From an uncultured Alphaproteobacteria bacterium (GTDB lineage: Bacteria; Pseudomonadota; Alphaproteobacteria; Rhizobiales; Beijerinckiaceae), in assembly GCA_963722205.1 (NCBI GenBank), contig CAVRKL010000001.1, positions 408,933 to 472,932 of the forward strand: 64,000 bases of DNA, in the 5' to 3' direction. The notes below the pieces were generated by a model. It made no database searches. It saw only the letters and a program-made list of their open reading frames with translations, and was not told the origin of the DNA. This document shows positions 57,703 to 64,000 of the stretch, piece after piece (within the stretch, counting starts at the first letter, position 1; each line of letters begins with the position of its first letter). Both the position numbers and the translations under genes were made by a program.

Positions 57703-58167
57703 TCAAGGCCCGCCATCGCCAAGCTTTGCGAGCGTCGCGGCGTCCTTCGCGCCGCCGCAACAGCGATCGATCGCCTCGCCGAACACGGCCTCATCCGGAG
57801 CAACGGCGGAAAAGAGCGTCACGCAGGACCGAAACTTCATGTCGTCGGGCGAGCCGAAGACTTCAGCCAAAGGGCGTTGCGACGCGATGACCAACCGGAC
57901 ACATTCGCGCAGCCTTTCCCCCAGCGCCGGGTGGTCGAGATAGGCGCGCGCCTCGCCCCGCGAGCCGATCGCGTAGCGGACCGCCATGGCGCTGGAGCCG
58001 AGCCCCGCGATCTGGGGGAAGACGAACCACATCCAGTGCGTGCGCTTGCGTCCGGCGCGAAGCTCGGCGAGCGCGTGCTCGATGACCGGCGCCTGCGCCT
58101 CGACGAAGCGCTCCAGATCGAAAGGATCCTCGTCCTGTCGCATGCGCGCCGCCTTATCGGCCTTCAC
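57703..58167 (-). CDS. DUF1810-family protein
   Basis: ...FDLERFVEAQ...HWMWFVFPQIAGLGSS...YLDHPALGERL... Confidence 0.7.
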   Translation of the reverse strand: MKADKAARMRQDEDPFDLERFVEAQAPVIEHALAELRAGRKRTHWMWFVFPQIAGLGSSAMAVRYAIGSRGEARAYLDHPALGERLRECVRLVIASQRPLAEVFGSPDDMKFRSCVTLFSAVAPDEAVFGEAIDRCCGGAKDAATLAKLGDGGP

Positions 58168-58562
58168 TCGCGAACATAGGCTTTGTAGCTCAGCACGCCG
58201 CCGACGAGCAGAAAGACGGCGCCGATCGCGGGAAGCACGATGTGCATGGCCGGGGCGTGGGCAGCCCGGGACATGACGCCCGCCAATTGCGTCGGGAACA
58301 CGATCCGCAAGAAGCCGATGATCACGGACAGCCAGCCGAACAACGTGATCAGCGTCGGCCAGGCGGCCGTCCAGCTATTATGGAAGTAGACGATCGCGAG
58401 CCCGGCCACGAAGGCCGCGTAGCCGGCCAGCACGATGACCATCGGGGTCTGGGAAATCTCGGCGATCAAAGCGGGCATTGCTTCGAGATTGAGGAGCACC
58501 ATCAATGCCGTGGCGACGAGCGTCGGCCCGAGCAGGGCGGCGATGGTCTTCGATGTGGTCAT
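58164..58562 (-). CDS. Small integral membrane protein (4 TM), hypothetical
   Basis: 132 aa, hydrophobic throughout. 4-nt overlap with the downstream gene. Confidence 0.55.
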   Translation of the reverse strand: MTTSKTIAALLGPTLVATALMVLLNLEAMPALIAEISQTPMVIVLAGYAAFVAGLAIVYFHNSWTAAWPTLITLFGWLSVIIGFLRIVFPTQLAGVMSRAAHAPAMHIVLPAIGAVFLLVGGVLSYKAYVRE

Positions 58563-58841
58563 GGGCGGCCTCTTTGCATCTCATTCCGGCCGGCAAGTTC
58601 CTTCCCCAGATCGCTTCGCGCTTTTGGGGAACATGCCTAACTGCGCGTCCGTCCCTTGTGGACGCGGCCCTTGCTGGCCGGACGTTCTTTCTTTGATCTC
58701 GGTATCGGCTCGCGCTTCAGTCCGCGCGGCGCGGGGGGCTCGCCGCGCGGCGGCCGCCGAACCTCGCCCATTGCGTCCTCAGGCTTGCTCATCTGCGATC
58801 ACCGGGTCACCGGAAGCGGTCGCCCGCCTCCGGTTCCCACA

Positions 58842-58874
58842 GAACGTGGCGTGCGGATTTCCCGCACCACGCTC
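58842..58874 (-). ncRNA. Group II intron domain V
   Basis: The minus strand reads GAGCGUGGUGCGGGAAAUCCGCACGCCACGUUC (AGC triad, 2-nt bulge geometry, GAAA loop). It is followed by a domain VI helix (58804-58838) with an unpaired A. Confidence 0.8.
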
Positions 58875-58887
58875 TTCGGCGGTTGGT

Positions 58888-60216
58888 TCACAGTTGCACC
58901 GCGAGCGTCTGCAGCGCCCGGTAGGGAAGCTGCAGTTTTGGTCGCTGTAGAGGTGTCCGCTCTTGGATCTGGTGGAAAGCGTCCCAGGTGAGGTGAGCGC
59001 CGGCCCAGCTGCGGCTGCACAACATTCTATGCCAGTAACGCTCGACGGCCCGATACACCTTCAACAAAGCGCGGATATTTCCGGCGATGCCGTAATAGGC
59101 GTAGTGGCCTCGCAGGACGGCGTTTATTTCGTCGACCTGGTCGCTGATCGTATCATGTCGTATTCGCCGCATCAGCTCTTGCAAAGACATAAGGCCGCGT
59201 CGCAACCGAGTTTTCTCGGTACGCATCCCGACCTTGAAGTTGCCTTTTCGGTTTCTCGTGCAATACAGCGTGAACCCCAGGAAGTAGATTGTTTCCGGGC
59301 AACTCCTGCCGCGTTTGCCCGCATGTCGTTGCGCGAACCGGCCAAACTCGACTAACTTCGTCTTGGTCGGCTCAAGAGTGAGGCCGAACTTCCCTAACCG
59401 TCGGCACAAGGCGTCCTGCACGCGAAGGGCGTCCGAGCGATATTGGAAACAGATCACAAAGTCGTCGATATAGCGCACCAGATAGGCTTCGCCACGCAAC
59501 CGGGTTTTGACCACGCGTTCGAACCAAAGATCAAGCACGTAGTGCAGGTAAACGTTGCTCAGCAGCACGCTGATCGATCCACCTTGTGGAGTTCCCTCCT
59601 CATTCGCACGAACCTCGCCGTCTTCCACGACGCCCGCTTTCAACCAGCGCCGGATCAGGCTGATCAGTCGCGGGTCTCCAACTCGATGCTCAACAAATTG
59701 GAGCACCCAATCGTGATCGAGACTCCCGAAGAAGTTCTTCAAGTCCGCCTCCAGCACCCAGCCCGTTTTGCCGCCGGCGATCACCTCATTGAGGGTCGCC
59801 AGCGCATTATGGGCGCCGAGCCCGGGCCTGCCGCCGAACGAGCATGGCAGGAAGTCCTGCTCGTAAATGGCGGAGAGCACCTGGGCCGTGCTGCGCTGGA
59901 GCGCCCGGTCAGAGACAGTCGGAACGCCGAGCGGGCGTTTTTCCTGCTTTCCGGGCTTTGGAATATAGACGCGCCGAATGTCCGGCGCTCTGTATCCTTG
60001 ACGGTGAACGGATTGAAGCATTGCCCCAATCCATTGCTCAAAGCTTTCCTTCGCCGCCTCCACTGTCTGGCCATCGACCCCGGCGGCCGAGCGCTTGGGA
60101 ATCTGCGATAAATTCTTCAGCACGCGACCACGCGTGATGTGATGAGCCAGCGAAGTGAATCGGAGTTTTGGTTCACATCGAGCTTTCGCTGCTATCTGTT
60201 CAAGTTTCGTTTCCAT
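58888..60216 (-). CDS. Group II intron reverse transcriptase/maturase (no endonuclease domain evident)
   Basis: RT blocks ...RRVYIPKPGKQEKRPLGVPTVSDRALQ..., ...LEADLKNFFGSLDH..., ...TPQGGSISVLLSNVYL..., YIDDFVICF. Also an X/maturase domain ...LRGHYAYYG... Confidence 0.9.
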   Translation of the reverse strand: METKLEQIAAKARCEPKLRFTSLAHHITRGRVLKNLSQIPKRSAAGVDGQTVEAAKESFEQWIGAMLQSVHRQGYRAPDIRRVYIPKPGKQEKRPLGVPTVSDRALQRSTAQVLSAIYEQDFLPCSFGGRPGLGAHNALATLNEVIAGGKTGWVLEADLKNFFGSLDHDWVLQFVEHRVGDPRLISLIRRWLKAGVVEDGEVRANEEGTPQGGSISVLLSNVYLHYVLDLWFERVVKTRLRGEAYLVRYIDDFVICFQYRSDALRVQDALCRRLGKFGLTLEPTKTKLVEFGRFAQRHAGKRGRSCPETIYFLGFTLYCTRNRKGNFKVGMRTEKTRLRRGLMSLQELMRRIRHDTISDQVDEINAVLRGHYAYYGIAGNIRALLKVYRAVERYWHRMLCSRSWAGAHLTWDAFHQIQERTPLQRPKLQLPYRALQTLAVQL

Positions 60217-60804
60217 GGTCAGCTGATCTTCTCTTTGAATAGAAGGCCGTGTCTCCCGTTGGATGGAGCCCATGTCGCCCAAGAACAATTCAACCACCGC
60301 TGACCGCTTCCCCATGTGGCCGGCTCTCCCGGCCTCGGAGTACTACCAGTCAGTCTGACTTCCACCCGGCCATCGGGCTCTTCTCGCCTCATCAGCTTGT
60401 CGAGTCCTACAAGCTTGCGCTTGAACCGGATGGATCTCCCTTGTTCACATCGAGCCCCTTGGTTGCATGCTGGCGGTAAGAACCCCGGAAGCACCTCAGG
60501 TCGCTCGCTATGTCGCGGCCTGCAATTCTGCCTTCCTCTTTACGGGATAGAGTCGGCTACTCCGATCACGATCGATTTCGGGGCTATTTTCCCGTTCACT
60601 GACGTTCCGGCCTGCAACCTCCCTGTCTACGCTTCGCAACGGCCGTTGCCAGACGTCACGCAAGACTTGGTACGCGGCTGCTCGCTAGGCTTTGCCGCGG
60701 TCGCCATTTCAGGCGACTGAGTTTAATGCGCTTGCAAGGCGCAACCCGCGCGGACCCAAACCAACCGTCCGGCCGTCTTCCGTCCTGCTATATAGAGCGC
60801 CGAT

Positions 60805-61368
60805 TCAAAACCCAGGCTCTGGCGCGCGATCTTCGAGCGGATGGCCGCCCTTCTCCCAGCCGTCCGTGCCCTCCGGATACCAGTAGACGTCTGCGTAGCC
60901 GAGCGACAGCGCGCGTTTCGCCGCGTTCCATGACATCCAGCAGTCCGCGAGACAATAGAAGACCAAGGGCTTCGTTTTGTCGCCGCCGGTCGCCTTCGCG
61001 AGCCCCGTCTCGAAATAATGCTGCGTCGCCTCCGCCAGCGCGCCAAAGCCCGTGTTGACGAGCCAGACGCTGCCGGGAATGTCGGCCCTCGGCTTGTCGC
61101 GCCAGACGGTCTTCGGCGGCAAGTCGGCGGGTTTGGGCGGGCGCGCCAGAGCGTCGACGAACACGGCGGACTTCGCCTGCCAGAGTTCGAAAGCCTGCTG
61201 CGTGTCGATCACATGCGCGCCCCTGAGATCGGCGGGCGTCGGCGCCCGGTAGTCGTCCAGACGATAGCCATCGGGCTCCGCGACTTCCGCGAACGTCGAG
61301 GCGCAAGGGAGGATCGCGATAAACGTCAGAGCGAAGCCCGGAGCGGCGCGCAGGGGCGAACGGGACAT
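60805..61368 (-). CDS. PQQ-dependent-catabolism-associated CXXCW-motif (rhodanese-like) periplasmic protein
   Basis: Signal peptide and ...LVFYCLADCWMSWNAAKRA...WYPEGTDGW... Confidence 0.7.
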   Translation of the reverse strand: MSRSPLRAAPGFALTFIAILPCASTFAEVAEPDGYRLDDYRAPTPADLRGAHVIDTQQAFELWQAKSAVFVDALARPPKPADLPPKTVWRDKPRADIPGSVWLVNTGFGALAEATQHYFETGLAKATGGDKTKPLVFYCLADCWMSWNAAKRALSLGYADVYWYPEGTDGWEKGGHPLEDRAPEPGF

Positions 61369-61498
61369 TTTCTTTCTCTCCCCCGAAAGCGTTGGAGGGG
61401 ACAGCCATTATCGCCGCAACCCCTGCGGCGGCAAGGCGCTTGTCGCCGCAGGGCCCGGCGCTTAAAACAGCGCCTCCCTTCCCCTGGCCAGACCCCTC

Positions 61499-62293
61499 AT
61501 GCTGTTCCTGCGATCGCTCGTCTTCCAGTGCCTCTTCTATATGTGCACCGTGTTGCTGATGCTTGCCTGGCTGCCGACCCTCCTCACGGGTCGGCGCGGG
61601 CTCGTGCAGGAGCTCGGCCGCCAATGGGGCCGCACGACGCTCTGGCTCCTGGAAAGGATCTGCGGCCTCAAGCACGAGATTCGCGGTCTGGAGAACATTC
61701 CGAAGGGCGCGATGATCGTCGCCGCCAAGCACCAATCGACCTGGGACACGTTCACGCTGCCGATCTTCTTTCCGGACTTTTCCTATATTCTGAAACACGA
61801 ATTGGTCTTTCTGCCGCTCTTTGGCTGGTATCTGCTGCGCTCTGAGCAGATCGCGATCGACCGCGCCAAAGGCCGCAAAGCGCTGCCGCAACTCATCGCC
61901 AAGGCGAAGGCGCTCTTTGCGCAAGATCGCCAGCTCTTCATTTTTCCGGAGGGCACTCGACGGCCGGCCGGCGCGCCGCCGGCCTACAAGTTCGGCGTCG
62001 CGATGATCTATCAGGAGACCGGCGCGCCGGTGCTTCCGGTCGTTTTGAATTCGGGGCTCTTCTGGCCGCGCCACGGCTTCCTGATTCGGCCGGGCTGCGC
62101 CGTCATGGAGTTTCTGCCGCCGATCGCGCCCGGCCTCGGCGTCCACGCCTTCTACGCCGAGCTGCAGGAGCAGCTCGAGGCGGGAACCGAAAGGCTCCTG
62201 GAGGAAGCGGCTGCAAAAGACCCCGCGATCGCTGCGATTATCGAAAGGAACAGGCTGACGCCAGCGCCGGCGCCGCTACGCGCCGAGGGATAG
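61499..62293 (+). CDS. plsC: 1-acyl-sn-glycerol-3-phosphate acyltransferase
   Basis: HQSTWD (HX4D) and FPEGTR motifs. Confidence 0.8.
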   Translation: MLFLRSLVFQCLFYMCTVLLMLAWLPTLLTGRRGLVQELGRQWGRTTLWLLERICGLKHEIRGLENIPKGAMIVAAKHQSTWDTFTLPIFFPDFSYILKHELVFLPLFGWYLLRSEQIAIDRAKGRKALPQLIAKAKALFAQDRQLFIFPEGTRRPAGAPPAYKFGVAMIYQETGAPVLPVVLNSGLFWPRHGFLIRPGCAVMEFLPPIAPGLGVHAFYAELQEQLEAGTERLLEEAAAKDPAIAAIIERNRLTPAPAPLRAEG

Positions 62294-62317
62294 CGATTCA
62301 CTCCAACGCAGCATGAT

Positions 62318-62875
62318 CTACGCAACGGCCTCCTCGCGCCGCGCGATGAAAGGATAGGCGGCCTCGACGACATAGGGTCCGCCGCCGACCGAATTCTTCG
62401 ACGAATAGAGAACGAAGCGCGTCGGCGAGAATTTGAGCGACGGGAAATAGCCGCGTGCGCTCAAATAGTCGGCGACCGCCATGGGAGACGCGCCGCGCAG
62501 CCGCGCCAGCGTCACATGCGGCGCGAATTTTCGCACCTCCGGCGCCGCGCCGAGCCGCCGCATCAAGCGCTCCTGGTCGGCCTGAAGCTCCATCAGCGCC
62601 GGATCGGGCCGCGCTCTCGCGACGATGGCGCGCGGCTTGTCGCCGCCGAAAGCGGTGAGCTGATCGAGCGCAACGACCGGTCCCGCGCGCCTGATCGCAT
62701 CGAGCGAATGCTCGACGTCATGGGCCACGCGGTCGTCGACGTCGCCGATGAAGCGCAGCGTCAGATGGTAGTTTTCGACGTCGATCCAGCGGGCGCCAAA
62801 AAGTCCGCCGCGCAACCGCGCGAGGCTCTCCCCAATTTCGGGCGGGATTTCCAAGGCCGTGAACAGTCTCGGCAT
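62318..62875 (-). CDS. thpR: RNA 2',3'-cyclic phosphodiesterase (ThpR/LigT, 2H family)
   Basis: Two HxT/S motifs: HLTLRFIG and HVTLARL. Confidence 0.8.
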   Translation of the reverse strand: MPRLFTALEIPPEIGESLARLRGGLFGARWIDVENYHLTLRFIGDVDDRVAHDVEHSLDAIRRAGPVVALDQLTAFGGDKPRAIVARARPDPALMELQADQERLMRRLGAAPEVRKFAPHVTLARLRGASPMAVADYLSARGYFPSLKFSPTRFVLYSSKNSVGGGPYVVEAAYPFIARREEAVA

Positions 62876-62996
62876 GATTTTCCTCCCCGCGCCTTGGATC
62901 ACGCCGCTCTTGAGCAAAACCGCTCAAACGCTCAAAAAACGTGATCGATCCTCTTCATTTAGAGCCCGCCTCGCGCGAAAGACCGGTTCCCGCCTC

Positions 62997-63779
62997 TCAA
63001 CGCGCTTTTTTGGCGCGCTCGATCATGATCTCCCGAAGGCTCTCCTCGACGGAGGGCGCGACCCCGGCCACGACCCGCGCGACGCCCTCGGCGGTCGGAT
63101 GCAGGCCGTCCTTCTGCAAAAGCGCCGCGTCCTTATCCAGCCCGTCGAGAAAAAAGGGATAGAGCGGCAACGACAGGGCGCTCGCGAGCCCTGGATAGAT
63201 CGCGTCGAACTGCGCCCGGTAGGCGTCGCCGTAATTGCCGCTGGCCTTCATGCCCGCAAGCAGGATCGCGGCGCCTTTTTCCTTGATCGCAGCGAGCATT
63301 TTTTCGAGATTTTCGCGGGTGACCTTCGGATCGACGCCGCGCAGCATGTCGTTGGCGCCAAGCTCCAAAATGACGAGGTCGGGCTTTTCAGCGAGCGCGT
63401 AGTCGAGTTGGGCGAGGCCGTCCGTGGTCGTGTCTCCGGAAACGCCGGCGTTGACGACGCGAACGGGGAAGCCGTCCGCGGCGAGACGTCTCTCTAACTG
63501 CGCCGGGAACGCCTGACTGGCCGGCAGCGAGAAGCCCGCCATCAGGCTGTCGCCGAAGGCGACGACGGTTAAGGTCTCGACGCATTTCTGGTCGGCTCCG
63601 ATAATCGGAGGGGCGCTGGCGCATTCGGCCGCGGCGACGGCCGGGAGCAGCAGCGCGGCGAACGAGAGGAGGGAGGAGAGAGCTTGGAAGGCCGCGCGCA
63701 AAGCGGCATAAGAGCGCGCGCTCCCTTTGAGCGTGTTGCTCGAGGCCCCGCTGGTGTCGCTCTCCACGATTGAACTCAT
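62997..63779 (-). CDS. SGNH/GDSL arylesterase/thioesterase (TesA-like), secreted
   Basis: ...[11 protein letters not shown]..., ...NAGVSGDTT..., ...LELGANDML..., ...DGLHPT.... The start is uncertain. Confidence 0.75.
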   Translation of the reverse strand: MSSIVESDTSGASSNTLKGSARSYAALRAAFQALSSLLSFAALLLPAVAAAECASAPPIIGADQKCVETLTVVAFGDSLMAGFSLPASQAFPAQLERRLAADGFPVRVVNAGVSGDTTTDGLAQLDYALAEKPDLVILELGANDMLRGVDPKVTRENLEKMLAAIKEKGAAILLAGMKASGNYGDAYRAQFDAIYPGLASALSLPLYPFFLDGLDKDAALLQKDGLHPTAEGVARVVAGVAPSVEESLREIMIERAKKAR

Positions 63780-64000
63780 CGATGTCGACCTCACTCTCGG
63801 CGCCGGGCCGGCGCGGGTGCATGTGCTCAAAGCGCTGAGCCTTACAATAGCTCAAGGAGAGACGATCGGTCTCGTCGGACCTTCTGGATCGGGGAAATCC
63901 ACACTTTTAATGACTCTCGCCGGTCTCGAGCGTCCGGATTCCGGGGTGGTGCGGATTGGCGCTCAGGACCTCGTCAAAATGGACGAGGACCAGCTGGCGC
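63754..64000 (+). CDS. ABC transporter ATP-binding protein (YbbA/LolD-like), 5' part, runs off window
   Basis: Hand translation gives ...[59 protein letters not shown].... Divergent from the tesA-like gene, as in E. coli tesA-ybbA. A GTG start is assumed. Confidence 0.7.
   Translation, partial: MSLSTIELIDVDLTLGAGPARVHVLKALSLTIAQGETIGLVGPSGSGKSTLLMTLAGLERPDSGVVRIGAQDLVKMDEDQLA

Larger units (their letters stand above)
58798..60740 (-). mobile_element. Bacterial group II intron (RNA domains plus IEP); 5' boundary approximate
   Basis: RT/maturase ORF in domain IV, domain V and VI recognisable downstream of the ORF, and ~500 nt of structured sequence upstream of the ORF. I could not find a GUGYG 5' end. 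Confidence 0.75.

Noticed and set aside
58722-58750. 10-bp GC hairpin (CCGCGCGGCG...CGCCGCGCGG) as the terminator-like target motif of a class C group II intron, or as an intrinsic terminator.
   Set aside because: It lies on the 3'-exon side of the intron, whereas class C targets are upstream of the 5' splice site. It has no U-tract on either strand.

Overview
GC-rich alphaproteobacterial window. Gene content suggests a Hyphomicrobiales diazotroph, possibly a methylotroph or methanotroph relative (inference only).

**1-21.5 kb: IS-riddled accessory region.**
- An ISKra4-like transposase fragment and an internally deleted ISL3 element.
- Two near-identical IS5-family (IS1031-like) copies that disrupt and bracket an outer-membrane beta-barrel gene.
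- An IS110 element with two nonsense codons, nested inside an IS3 orfA remnant.
- A duplicated small-membrane-protein/USP unit and a cation:proton antiporter.
- An MFS-OMF-HlyD efflux operon.
- A complete IS21-like element carrying two extra ORFs.
- sorAB, followed by a second ISL3 remnant.

**21.6-57.7 kb: compact nif/fix island.**
- nifHDKENX-DUF269-DUF683-fdxB-nifQ on the minus strand.
- A long minus-strand nifB-fdxN-iscN-TPR-LRV-nifZ-nifZ-nifT operon. Its tail carries uncharacterised genes: an 87-aa ORF, a DegT-like protein apparently lacking the PLP lysine, a [2Fe-2S] ferredoxin, a 70-aa ORF, a SIR2-like protein and a thioredoxin-like ferredoxin.
- nifA, flanked by paralogues of the TPR-like and LRV genes.
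- A molybdenum-handling module: an HTH-only ModE, a stand-alone ModC-C-terminal TOBE protein, DUF2478 and a YqeB/XdhC-like protein, with two ModE-type palindromes.
- A group III truncated haemoglobin, then iscA-nifUSV-cysE-nifW-fixABCX and four trailing genes.

**Promoters.** I hand-located sigma54 -24/-12 promoters with TGT-N10-ACA NifA sites about 90 nt upstream for nifH, nifB and iscA-nifU. Two of these UAS sit between divergent sigma54 promoters.

**57.7-64 kb.** DUF1810, a membrane protein, a group II intron, a CXXCW rhodanese-like gene, plsC, thpR, a tesA-like gene and a partial ybbA-like gene.

**Limits.** I saw no rRNA, tRNA or CRISPR. All family calls come from motif recognition by eye. 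Coordinates of non-CDS features were hand-indexed and cross-checked against ORF-track frames, so expect +/-2 nt. Many long ORFs in the track are GC-rich antisense shadows and are not reported.
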